Assembly (NCBI GenBank): GCA_000092065.1
Contig: CP000585.1
Length of the DNA stretch: 64,000 nt
Origin: Ostreococcus lucimarinus
Lineage: Eukaryota
Reading direction: 5' to 3' (one strand)
Made by a program: the position numbers and the translations under genes. Position 1 is the first letter of the stretch. Each line of letters starts with the position of its first letter. Positions 51,107 through 61,343 of this stretch are shown piece after piece. The notes under the pieces were generated by a model that was given only the letters and a program-made list of their open reading frames with translations, did not search any database and was not told the origin of the DNA.

Positions 51107-52030
51107 CTACGCGTCCGCGGACGCCTCGGCTGCGGCGTCTCTCTTTTCCTTTTGCTTGGCCGCGACTCGAGCGCGCTGCTTTTTCGTCTTTTTTGGAATT
51201 TTTAAATCGAGCAAACCTCCCGGAGGAGTGATTTCCATGAATCCATTCGTCGCGTCGACGAGAGGGACTATCTCTTTCACGAAAGGAACGTATACGTAAT
51301 ACTCCGCATCGATCCCAGTCTCCTCATCGAGCGCGATGAATGCGACTTTGAGCAAGTCTTGCGTTCCGGCGCCGCGAACGACATCCTCCACCACGCCGAT
51401 CACCTCCCCCGTGTCGCGCTCGACAACTCGTAATCCCTCGAGCTCTTGGGCGTAAAACTCGTCGTCGCCATCACTACCTTCGGCGCCCTCATCTTTTCGC
51501 AAAGGCTCTCGATCGCTCGGTAACACGAACAATCGCGTGCCCACGAGCGCCTCGGCGGCGTTTCTATCGTCGCACCCCGCCAATTTCACAATCACGTCGT
51601 TTCTTCCCTTGCTCGTCACCCATCGCCCGCTTCGCACTTTCACCGCTCTCACTTCTCCCGGCGGCGCGTCGAACTCGCCGCTCTTGGTCGATTTCCCCTG
51701 CGCTTCGAGCTCGACCCGCAGCGTCGATCCCGTGCGCATGAGGCGCTCCTCGATAAAGTCCGTCATCGGTTTCACGCGCACCTCTCCTCGCAAGCTGTGC
51801 GCGCCCACGATGGCGCCCACTTGAATCAGCGACTCCGACGCGCTCGCGTCGTCCATCGACGCCTCGCGCGACGCCGACGCCTCGGCGCGCGTCCGCGGCG
51901 TCGTTCGCGTCGCCGTCGCGCGCCGCTCGAATCTTCGCGCGCGTCCGTCGCCGCGCCGAAGCGCGTCCACGCGCGCCGAAGCTCGCGGCGCGCTTCGGCG
52001 CGTCTCCGCGCGCGCCGTCATCGCTCGCAT
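51107..52030 (-). CDS. rimM: 16S rRNA processing protein RimM (bacterial-type; nuclear-encoded organellar) with an Arg/Ala-rich presequence
   Basis: LIQVGAIVGAHSLRGEVRVKPMTDF (RimM N-terminal beta-barrel) and a C-terminal PRC-barrel-like region. ATG (MRAMTARAE) at 52030. Confidence 0.8.
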   Translation of the reverse strand: MRAMTARAETRRSAPRASARVDALRRGDGRARRFERRATATRTTPRTRAEASASREASMDDASASESLIQVGAIVGAHSLRGEVRVKPMTDFIEERLMRTGSTLRVELEAQGKSTKSGEFDAPPGEVRAVKVRSGRWVTSKGRNDVIVKLAGCDDRNAAEALVGTRLFVLPSDREPLRKDEGAEGSDGDDEFYAQELEGLRVVERDTGEVIGVVEDVVRGAGTQDLLKVAFIALDEETGIDAEYYVYVPFVKEIVPLVDATNGFMEITPPGGLLDLKIPKKTKKQRARVAAKQKEKRDAAAEASADA

Positions 52031-52123
52031 CGCGCTTCGACCGCCGCTCGAATCGTCGCGCGCGCCGCGACGAGGTGTGCGGAAGCGCGCCGCCGCCGCC
52101 ACCGCACTCGACGACGCGTCGCG

Positions 52124-55100
52124 ATGGGACGCTCGAACGGCGACGGCGCGTCGGACGCGAGCGCCGCGCTCGTGTTCCTGCCCAAGCGCAAGGGCACGAG
52201 CGGGCGGGACGGCGCGAGCGCGATCGAGGCGCGCGATCGGCGACGCGCCGAGGCGCACGCCGCGCGCAGGGTGACCAAGCTGAGCAATTCGCAAAAGCGC
52301 AAACTGAAGAAACTGGCTGAGGAGGAGCGGAAACGAAGCGAAAGGGCGAGCGTGATGGCCATGCTGGAGGCAAACGTGGCGGATGAACGCGCGCTGGGGC
52401 TGATGCGGGCGACGACGTCGTTGGGGGCGAGAGAGACGGCGAAGGAGAAGATGCGGCGCGCGCTCAAGGCGGAACGCGCGGGGGTGACGCTGGACGACTT
52501 GGACGACGCGCGGTTGACGAAGCGACCGAAGGCTGTGGGAAGAGAAGATGAAGAACAGAGCGAGGACGAGAGCGAGAGCGAACGGGAAGCGGCGGTTGAG
52601 GTCGGAGGGGTGCGAGATGTCTCGACGGGGAAGATGGAAGACGACGTCGATTCGGAGGACGACGAACGCGCGGAGGACGACGCGTTGACTCGAGCCGCCA
52701 TTCGCGCGGCGGAGGCGGCGGGCATGGCGTCACTCGATGACGCCACGCGCGAACTAGTGAGATCATTGCGCGCGCGAGCTGGGGTCGGGGATGACTCAGA
52801 TAAGCCGAAATCGAACGAGTACAAAGGCTTGCATCACGAAGTGTTTCGAGGATGTTCCTTTGTCGTTCCCGTTCAACGGACCGGGAAGATTAACGATTCG
52901 CGCGAGGGGCTTCCGATCGTTCAAGAGGAACATGAAATCGTAGACGCGATTAATACCAATCCCGTGACCGTCATCTGTGGCGCCACGGGTTGCGGTAAGA
53001 CGACGCAAGTGCCGCAGTTCTTGTACGAGGCTGGTTACGGCGATCCGGATTGCGACAGTCACCCTGGGGCGGTGGCGGTGACACAGCCTCGACGTGTGGC
53101 GGTGACCTCCACGGCGCGTCGTGTGGCAGAAGAGCTGAACGTTCCTCTCGGTGGTGATGTCGGATATCAAGTGCGTTACGACAAGAACGTCGGCGACAAC
53201 CCGCGTATCAAATTTATGACGGATGGCATCTTGCTTCGAGAAGTACAGGCAGACTTCCTTTTACGCAAATATTCGGTGGTGATCATCGATGAAGCGCACG
53301 AACGGAGCGTAAATACGGATATTCTGTTGGGTCTTCTCTCACGAATCGTTCCTCTTCGAGCCGCACTCGCGGCTGAAGGGAAAGCTGTGACGCCGCTTCG
53401 ATTGGTCGTGATGTCCGCGACGTTGCGAGTCGAAGAGTTCGTGGAGAACAGGAAGCTATGTCCGACACCTCCAGCGTTGCTTCAAGTCGCCACGCGTCAG
53501 TTTCCAGTCACTGTGCACTTTTCACGGAAAACGGAACACGCTGATTACGTCGGTGCGGCGACGAAGAAGGTACTCGCGATCCATCGCAAGCTTCCACCTG
53601 GCGGCATTCTCGTCTTTCTGACTGGTCAGCGAGAGGTGGAGATGGTCTGTCGCAAGCTTCGAGACGCGTACCCGCTTCACGGGAAGCGCGTCAACGCGGC
53701 GGAAAGTTCGGATGATGAAGATGAAGATAGCGGCGACGCGATGGATGACACATACGACGTCGACGCGATCGACGCGGGGGGGGAAGATTTGGGCGGCGAC
53801 GACGACGAACCCGATTTCGACGGCGAGGACGATATGTCGGACGCCGCGAGCGACATCAGCGAAGAGGACGAAGTCCTAGTCATGGGTGGTGAGGGCGTTG
53901 GAGAAGAAGAAGCCGCAGAAGCCGAAGCAGCTTGGACTCGAGCGAATGCTCCATCTACGGGTTTGGGCGCCGATAAGACGGCGGACGGACCGGGAGGTTT
54001 AAATGTGCTTCCGCTCTACGCGCTACTGCCCCCGAATTTGCAGCAGCGCGTGTTTCAAGCTTCACCCGACGGCTCTAGAATGGTCATCGTCGCTACAAAC
54101 GTCGCGGAAACATCTTTGACGATTCCAGGGATACGGTACGTCGTCGACGCCGGGAGAGCAAAGGAGCGGGTGTACGAGCGAGACGCAAGTTTGTCGCGGT
54201 TTCAAGTCGGATGGGTGAGCAAGGCTAGCGCCGATCAACGCGCCGGGCGGGCCGGGCGTACGAGTCCAGGGCACTGTTATCGTCTGTTTAGTAGCGCACA
54301 CTTCGTGGATGAGATGAAAGCGCACGCAGATCCACAAATCCTGGGTGTACCCGTCGAAGGCGTCGTGTTGCAAATGCGTGCCATGGGCATCGACAAAGTG
54401 GTCAACTTTCCTTTTATTTCGCCTCCCGAAAGATCGGCTCTCGCGGCAGCGGAGAAGACTTTACAGATTCTCGGAGCGGTAGAGAAGAGTAGGCATGGCG
54501 AAGAGATCGGGCCTTTGACCGATTTAGGGCGCGCTATGGCGGTTTTGCCAATCAGTCCACGGCACTCGAGAATGTTGTTCGCCGCCGCTCAAAGCGGCGT
54601 GGGAGGTTGCCTCTCACCGGCGATTGCCATCGCTGCCGCGTTGAGCCTCGACAGCCCATTCCTGCGAAATAGCAGCGAAACTGTGGAAGACGACGAAGAA
54701 GAAGGAGAGGCGAAGGCGACACCCAAAGGTCCGCCACCGCACGTTCGATTTCACCACCCGGCGAGCGACGCTCTCTCGGCGGCGCAGGCGCTCTTGGCGT
54801 ACGACGCCTGCAAGAGCTCGGACGCGGTGACGTTTTGCTCTACGAATAGGTTGCACGAAAAGACCATGCGAGAAATGTCCGATTTGCGGCGACAATTGAA
54901 ACGGCTCGTCGTCAATCTCGCGACGACATCCAAGTTTGGCGACGACGTCTTTCCCAACGCCGCAGTGCTGAACGAACTCGACGATTCAAACCAGGCTGCT
55001 TCGTCGATGATTTCGCTTCCTCCCGGGGGCGATGTCGAGCGCACGTTGAGACAGGCGCTGTGTGCGGGTTGGGCGGATAGAATTGCCCGTCGATCAAAAC

Positions 55101-55834
55101 ACAAAGAGATGGAGCAAGCGTCTCGAGCGAACGAGAAATCGACCAAGGCGACGCGATACGTTCCGGCGCTCCTCGACGCCGCGGTGTTTCTTCATCCAAC
55201 GTCTTCGTTGCATCGAAGCTCTCCGGATTACGTCGTCTACACCGACTTACTACAAACGGACAAGCGCGCCTACATCGTCGGCGCCACCGGGATTGAGCCC
55301 GAGTGGTTGATTCAGCACTGCGACGCACTCGTGGATCAAGGCGCTATGCTCGCCGACCCGGCGCCGAGATACGTCTCGCGGGAGGACCGCGTCGTCGGTT
55401 GGACGGCGCCGAGATTCGGACCGCACCGCTGGGATTTGCCGCTGAATCCAATTGCTGTTAATGATGTGGATACCAAATGCGCCGTCTTCGCCACCGCGCT
55501 TTTGTCGGGGGCGGTGTCGCCACCTATGGCGGATTTGCGAGAGAAGCTCGCCGCCAAGCCGCTCTTGGCGTCTCGACCTGAGGGACGAGCTCAAAAGCGC
55601 GTCGTCGATTTACTCGGCGCACTGAAACGTGTCGGTGGTGGCATTTGTACTCGGGCACAATTACGACAAATCTGGATGACTCGTGGGAACGACCGGTACT
55701 TGTACCCAGAGCTCAAGGCGTGGATGCGGGCGGGCAAAGGTTACGCGCTCGAACAGGCGTGGTTAAAAATAGTTCAGGGCGTCGTGAATTACGACGAAGG
55801 CAAGGAGCGAAAGAAGAAGAAGGGAAAGAAGTGA
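52124..55834 (+). CDS. DHX37: DEAH-box RNA helicase DHX37/Dhr1 (small-subunit processome)
   Basis: TVICGATGCGKTTQVPQFL (motif I), IIDEAHERSVNTD (DEAH), FLTGQREVE, ATNVAETSLTIPGIRYVVD, QRAGRAGR, plus HA2/OB C-terminal regions. The N-terminal basic region matches the Dhr1 type. ATG at 52124. Confidence 0.9.
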   Translation: MGRSNGDGASDASAALVFLPKRKGTSGRDGASAIEARDRRRAEAHAARRVTKLSNSQKRKLKKLAEEERKRSERASVMAMLEANVADERALGLMRATTSLGARETAKEKMRRALKAERAGVTLDDLDDARLTKRPKAVGREDEEQSEDESESEREAAVEVGGVRDVSTGKMEDDVDSEDDERAEDDALTRAAIRAAEAAGMASLDDATRELVRSLRARAGVGDDSDKPKSNEYKGLHHEVFRGCSFVVPVQRTGKINDSREGLPIVQEEHEIVDAINTNPVTVICGATGCGKTTQVPQFLYEAGYGDPDCDSHPGAVAVTQPRRVAVTSTARRVAEELNVPLGGDVGYQVRYDKNVGDNPRIKFMTDGILLREVQADFLLRKYSVVIIDEAHERSVNTDILLGLLSRIVPLRAALAAEGKAVTPLRLVVMSATLRVEEFVENRKLCPTPPALLQVATRQFPVTVHFSRKTEHADYVGAATKKVLAIHRKLPPGGILVFLTGQREVEMVCRKLRDAYPLHGKRVNAAESSDDEDEDSGDAMDDTYDVDAIDAGGEDLGGDDDEPDFDGEDDMSDAASDISEEDEVLVMGGEGVGEEEAAEAEAAWTRANAPSTGLGADKTADGPGGLNVLPLYALLPPNLQQRVFQASPDGSRMVIVATNVAETSLTIPGIRYVVDAGRAKERVYERDASLSRFQVGWVSKASADQRAGRAGRTSPGHCYRLFSSAHFVDEMKAHADPQILGVPVEGVVLQMRAMGIDKVVNFPFISPPERSALAAAEKTLQILGAVEKSRHGEEIGPLTDLGRAMAVLPISPRHSRMLFAAAQSGVGGCLSPAIAIAAALSLDSPFLRNSSETVEDDEEEGEAKATPKGPPPHVRFHHPASDALSAAQALLAYDACKSSDAVTFCSTNRLHEKTMREMSDLRRQLKRLVVNLATTSKFGDDVFPNAAVLNELDDSNQAASSMISLPPGGDVERTLRQALCAGWADRIARRSKHKEMEQASRANEKSTKATRYVPALLDAAVFLHPTSSLHRSSPDYVVYTDLLQTDKRAYIVGATGIEPEWLIQHCDALVDQGAMLADPAPRYVSREDRVVGWTAPRFGPHRWDLPLNPIAVNDVDTKCAVFATALLSGAVSPPMADLREKLAAKPLLASRPEGRAQKRVVDLLGALKRVGGGICTRAQLRQIWMTRGNDRYLYPELKAWMRAGKGYALEQAWLKIVQGVVNYDEGKERKKKKGKK

Positions 55835-56051
55835 ATAGATACATATAGAGCAGTAGAGCAGTAGGATGGTAGATCGTTTGTTGTACAACATGAAAGTGAA
55901 TGAAGATTCAAAAACTTGTTCGCGCGCGCGTTTAGGGTTAGAGAATTTTCGTTTGAATCTTTCGCTGAGAGGTGGTGTTGAAATGAACACCATTTTGGTT
56001 TTTTGTTTGTTTGAGAGTGATACACCTTAGAAAGGATACGTCACCGGGCGC

Positions 56052-56570
<519 letters not shown>

Positions 56571-56727
56571 TCACGACTCGTCAAATGCGCGATTTCCGCG
56601 TTTCGCGCATTTAATAAAAAACAATTTTGTAAATTGAGAAATTTAACGATTCGTGAATCAAGAATATATGACTATGAGTTCGAATTACACAACGCATCAA
56701 TGTTAAAAGCGCGAAAGGGGAAAATCG

Positions 56728-58692
56728 CTAAAACGGCGCGCTCGGCAGCTTCCCAAACTGCATGTTCCACGCCAAGACGTCGGCGTGCGCGGCGTCTCGC
56801 AGGCGTTCCAAGCGAAACGCCCATCGCGAACGGACGGGAATTTCGAAAAATTCATCGTCATCGACGGAATCGGAGCGATCGGATTCCCGCGCCGTTTCTC
56901 CCGCGCCGTTTCTCGCGCGTCTCGCGCGAGCGCGCGAGAAAGCGCGCTCCTGCTCGCGGCGCTCGCGCTTCGTCGAGACGTAGTGCCAGCCGTCGGTGCT
57001 CCACCAGTACACGATGTTTTCGAGCGTCGCAAATAATTCTGCAAAACTTCCTGTGTTCGGCGCCATACGCGCCAGACTTCTACACTGATTTAAGATGAGC
57101 TTGAAGGCTTGGAACTTCCCGCGCTCGCCCCATCCGCCGTCAAGACTCGGAGCGTTGGGGCGCGAAGACGACGCGTTTCCTTTCATCGCCGCGTCGTTCA
57201 TGATTTGACTGATCAAAGCCTCACGCACGACAAGAAGTTGCCAATGATCCTGTCTGATTTGACAGCGCTGCATGGCGTGATAAAGCTGCAAAGGGGTATA
57301 CAATCCAACGTTCTTGACGCTGTATGCCTTGATGCGTTTTGAGCGCCAGCGCTCGTGCCATCGCAGGACGTCTTCGTCCTCGCTTCCGCTCGATTCGCGG
57401 TCGTATTCGTCTAAATCCACCGACTGGCACGAAGACGAATCAGATGAATCGCATAAGCCACTACTACTACCGCTCGCATCGGCTGCGAGTCCCAAGCCGC
57501 CAACGTGCAACTTGGCGCCGAATTCCGCGGCGACGCCGTCTGCGGCAGATTCAGACGTGTTTGCCCCGCTCGCGCTCGGTGAAACATTCGATCGAGACGC
57601 AGTCGCCGATTTCAGCGAGAGTAAGTTGCCTTCGCCGTCAAAGTGCGACTCGAATCCCGTGACGTAGTCGTGTGTGCAAAAGAACCATCGCGGATCTTGT
57701 ATGTCCCACGGTCGCGCCAAAGGCTTATCTACAGCTAATCCCGAGGCGACTTCCGCCTTGCACTGCGCGCACGCGCAATCAAAATACCAATCCCTGCGTA
57801 AAGCTTTCTTTCGACAGCGCGCTGGAAGCCAACGGAGGGAAGGCTTTCCGTACGCAATTGTTATCCCCTCTCCGCGCTCAATCGGGCGAAGCGAATACAA
57901 CGACACCTCACCCTCGTCGGACACGTGACTCACCTCCGCGTTCGGGTCACACGAGTGGTTGCACGCGCTAATTGCGTCAAACATCACCATTGAGCACTGC
58001 ACGTAGGCATCGGCGCCTATCATCGAGCCCGCGCTCGTCGTCGCCGGTCGACACGTTCTCGTCACGGCGTTATATTTGACAAACGCCGCAAACTTTAACC
58101 ACTCCTCTTCGTCCTCCACGCCTAATTTCGCCCCGAGCGCTAAAACCTCCTCTCTTTCTTCAGCGTTCGAGAGCAGTTTCTTCGCCATCTCCCTCGACGG
58201 CGCGCACGCTCGACTCGCGTCTTGCTCTCCGCGTTCTCGCAAGCGTTCCATGAGTCTCGCCAGGCACGCCCCTTGACTCCGAAACGTCCCCTGAATCGAC
58301 GTCACTCGCTCTCTGATCAGCACCTCACACGCCCGCACGCGTTCTTTCGCCACCAATCCCAGCCTCCCGCTCGTCGTCGTCGTCCCTCCCTCGCCGCCGC
58401 CGCCTCCAGCCGTCGCCGCCCTCGTCGCCTCGGTCGCCCCCGTCGCCCGCGTCCCGACGCGTCCATCGCACCCTCCCCTGCGCGCGACGCCGAACTTTGC
58501 CACCCACTCGCTCGCGTCGAGCGCTCTCGCGCCTCGTCCGCGCCGCGCCGACGCCGGTCGTCGTCGCTCGACGTCCGACGCCCCCGACCGCAGCGGGTCG
58601 TCGTCCACCGTCAGCGCCGCCTCGAGCGCGCGCGCGCCCGCCTCGAGGCGCCGCGCGTCGTCGTCGTCCCGCGCGTCGTCGCGCGCCGTCAT
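56728..58692 (-). CDS. SET-domain lysine methyltransferase (SMYD-like) with a large C-terminal extension
   Basis: NHSCDPN and a post-SET-like Cys cluster WYFDCACAQC. ATG at 58692. Confidence 0.75.
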   Translation of the reverse strand: MTARDDARDDDDARRLEAGARALEAALTVDDDPLRSGASDVERRRPASARRGRGARALDASEWVAKFGVARRGGCDGRVGTRATGATEATRAATAGGGGGEGGTTTTSGRLGLVAKERVRACEVLIRERVTSIQGTFRSQGACLARLMERLRERGEQDASRACAPSREMAKKLLSNAEEREEVLALGAKLGVEDEEEWLKFAAFVKYNAVTRTCRPATTSAGSMIGADAYVQCSMVMFDAISACNHSCDPNAEVSHVSDEGEVSLYSLRPIERGEGITIAYGKPSLRWLPARCRKKALRRDWYFDCACAQCKAEVASGLAVDKPLARPWDIQDPRWFFCTHDYVTGFESHFDGEGNLLSLKSATASRSNVSPSASGANTSESAADGVAAEFGAKLHVGGLGLAADASGSSSGLCDSSDSSSCQSVDLDEYDRESSGSEDEDVLRWHERWRSKRIKAYSVKNVGLYTPLQLYHAMQRCQIRQDHWQLLVVREALISQIMNDAAMKGNASSSRPNAPSLDGGWGERGKFQAFKLILNQCRSLARMAPNTGSFAELFATLENIVYWWSTDGWHYVSTKRERREQERAFSRARARRARNGAGETARESDRSDSVDDDEFFEIPVRSRWAFRLERLRDAAHADVLAWNMQFGKLPSAPF

Positions 58693-58786
58693 CGCGCGCG
58701 CGTCGTCGCGCGCCCGCGCCGCGCGTCGCGCCGCGCCGCGTTGTGAAGACGAATCGACACCGCGACGACGTCACATCTCGACGACG

Positions 58787-60742
58787 ATGCGCGACGACGA
58801 CGCCGCCGCGGGCGCGCCGCGCGCGCTGCGCGAGGCCAACGCGCGCGACGCGCCCGTCGCCGTGAGGTACGCGCGGAAACGGCGCGACGCGCGGCGCGGG
58901 ATGGCGGCGAAGAGCGACGGGGGGACGAAGCGCGACGCGACGACGGCGCGAGACGACGGACGCGCGGGGCGCGCGCGCGACGACGCGCGGGACGCGACGG
59001 ACGCGACGACGACGAACGACGCGCGAGCGACGACGACGACGGCGCGCGACGACGCGCGAGGCGAGGCGAACGCGCGAGGGTTGGAGATCGTGCGCGAGGC
59101 GCTGGAGGCGGCGGACGCGGCGACGGATGCGAAACCGACGACGACGACGACGACGGCGGCGACGGTCGGGAAGCGCACGTTCGTGTTCAAGTCGAGGAAT
59201 AAATTATTCAGGAACGCCAAGGCCGAGAGGGAGCATCGGGCGAGATTGGCGAAGTTGGCGGAATCGAGAGCGTTCTTCGACGACGTGGATGACGAATCGC
59301 TCGCGGAGGAGAGCGAGGAGGCGACGCCGAAACGAGGGGCGGCGATGGGAGATCGTTTAGTGATGAGCCCGAATGGATTGATAGAGGCGTTGCAAGGATT
59401 GGGATTGGTGGATAACGCCCCCGAGCTCAGGGCGAAGATGGAGACGAAGAGAAGGGAGCCTACGGCGTCGGCGCCGCGCGCCGAGACGCTGCCGAGCGGT
59501 CGCGAGAACGCGTTCGATCGAGTGTCCAACTGGGTGTCGTCGCTTCCCGTGTTTACGCCACTCAAGGAAGACGTCGCCGTCGAGTCGCGCGGGGAGAACC
59601 GAAAGGACGAAGAGGACGAGGAAGAGTCCATCGCCGAAACCGAGGACGAGCTGGAAAGCTTGAACGAGGACGTCGAACGACTCGTCATCGACGACGAATG
59701 CTCGCCACTCGCCGCACTTTTGCGCGCGTGCGATCAGAACGAACAAAACGTCGGCTCGATGTCGTCTCTCATCAAGTCTTACGTCAAGCACGGTGTGAAA
59801 AAGATTGGCGAAGGGACGTACGGCGAGGCTTACCGAGGAGAAGACGGCGTCGTGATGAAAATCGTGCCGATGGGCGGCGATGCCTTGGTCAACGGCGAGG
59901 TTCAGATGGGTCCAGGCGAGATTCGTTCGGAAACTTCCATCTTAAAGGCACTCACGGCGTTGCGTGACCACGAAGCGGATGAAAACGCGAAGAATTTCAC
60001 CGACGGTTTCATTCGTCTTCTCGACGCGTCGGTGTGCCGAGGTCCGTATTCAAAAAAGCTACTCGAGGCGTGGGACAAGTACGCATCCACGGGTGCGAGC
60101 GAGAACGAAAAGCCCGATGATTTGCCGAGTAATCAATTGTACATTTCGTTCGCGTGCGACGATGGTGGGACAGACTTGGAACATTTCGAGCTTCGATCGA
60201 TGACGGAAACAGTCGCCATGCTCTTCCAAATCGTCGTCGCCTTGTCCGTGGCCGAAGAGGCGAGTCAGTTCGAGCACAGAGATTTGCATTGGGGTAACGT
60301 TCTCATCAAACGTACTCGCACGAAGCAAAAACGCGCCAAACTGAACGGGGTGGAGCTGAACATCCAAACCTCTGGCTTGGACGTCACGATCATCGACTTC
60401 ACCCTGTCTCGCCTCACCACCGAAGACGGCGACGCGTTTTGCGACTTGAACGCCGACCCCGAGCTTTTCGCGGGACCGAAAGGTCACTGTCAATCGGAAA
60501 CGTACCGTCGAATGAAACGAGTCACCAAGGGCAAGTGGAACAAGTACTGCCCGAAGACCAACGCGCTGTGGCTGCACTACTTGGCGGATACGGTTTTGGA
60601 GCAAAAAGATTTCAACGTCACCGCGGAGGACAAACAGCGACTCGTCGCGTTCCGAAAGCGAGCGCTCGACTACAAATCTGCGGGCGAAATCGTGTTCGAC
60701 GAACTCTTCTCCGGCATCTGGACTTCTGGAAAGAAGAACTAA
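58787..60742 (+). CDS. HASPIN: Haspin-like atypical Ser/Thr kinase (histone H3 Thr3 kinase family)
   Basis: KIGEGTYGEAY, LRD...NFTDGFIRL, LLEAWDKY, EHRDLHWGNVLI and IIDFTLSR are Haspin-specific signatures. Long acidic/basic N-terminus. ATG at 58787. Confidence 0.8.
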   Translation: MRDDDAAAGAPRALREANARDAPVAVRYARKRRDARRGMAAKSDGGTKRDATTARDDGRAGRARDDARDATDATTTNDARATTTTARDDARGEANARGLEIVREALEAADAATDAKPTTTTTTAATVGKRTFVFKSRNKLFRNAKAEREHRARLAKLAESRAFFDDVDDESLAEESEEATPKRGAAMGDRLVMSPNGLIEALQGLGLVDNAPELRAKMETKRREPTASAPRAETLPSGRENAFDRVSNWVSSLPVFTPLKEDVAVESRGENRKDEEDEEESIAETEDELESLNEDVERLVIDDECSPLAALLRACDQNEQNVGSMSSLIKSYVKHGVKKIGEGTYGEAYRGEDGVVMKIVPMGGDALVNGEVQMGPGEIRSETSILKALTALRDHEADENAKNFTDGFIRLLDASVCRGPYSKKLLEAWDKYASTGASENEKPDDLPSNQLYISFACDDGGTDLEHFELRSMTETVAMLFQIVVALSVAEEASQFEHRDLHWGNVLIKRTRTKQKRAKLNGVELNIQTSGLDVTIIDFTLSRLTTEDGDAFCDLNADPELFAGPKGHCQSETYRRMKRVTKGKWNKYCPKTNALWLHYLADTVLEQKDFNVTAEDKQRLVAFRKRALDYKSAGEIVFDELFSGIWTSGKKN

Positions 60743-60827
60743 AATTCGTTCGTTCGCGTCGTTCAAGCGCTTCGGCGCCGCCGACACGACTCGAACGCGC
60801 GCCGTCTAATCACTACAACACAATCAC

Positions 60828-61262
60828 CTAACGCTCGCGTCGATCGACGCCTTTCCCCCACTGCCCCCCCCACTCGCGTTCGCCCTCGTCCTCTCCCCGG
60901 ATCCTTCGCGCCGTCACCCACGCGCTCGCGCCCGCCGCGTTCTCCGCTCGGCACCGCGCCTCCAGCGTCCCCCTCGCCCCCTCCGGCACCGTCATCTCGA
61001 ACCGTCGCCCCGTCCCGACGTGCACGTCCATCCATCCATCGCACGCCGTCCCTCGCAGCGCCTCCTCGCACGCCCCGTCGCGAAACCGCGCGCTCACGAC
61101 GTGCTCCTCCTCCTCGAGGTTGTGCCGTCCCGCGCTCGGGCCCGGCGTCCACGTCACGACGACGACGCCCGACGCGTCGTCGACGTCCATCGCGACGTCC
61201 GCGGGCGCGTTCGGGACGCGCGCGAACAATCGCGACGCGACGAACGCGAGCGCGGCGCGCAT
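60828..61262 (-). CDS. Hypothetical small secreted protein (signal-peptide-like N-terminus)
   Basis: 144-aa ORF starting at an ATG, with N-terminus MRAALAFVASRLFARVP. No recognised domain. Its position fits the alternating strand pattern between Haspin and Misato. Confidence 0.4.
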   Translation of the reverse strand: MRAALAFVASRLFARVPNAPADVAMDVDDASGVVVVTWTPGPSAGRHNLEEEEHVVSARFRDGACEEALRGTACDGWMDVHVGTGRRFEMTVPEGARGTLEARCRAENAAGASAWVTARRIRGEDEGEREWGGQWGKGVDRRER

Positions 61263-61343
61263 CTATCGGCCGCGCGCGGTCAACGCCGACGCGAAAAAGC
61301 GATGTCGACGGCGCGCGACGACGGCGGAGCGCGACGCGGCGCG

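Noticed and set aside
55835-56051. Histone 3' stem-loop downstream of H3
   Set aside because: I found no GGCYCTTTTCAGRGCC-like hairpin within 200 nt 3' of the H3 stop, so the mRNA is presumably polyadenylated. A fold search was not possible by eye.
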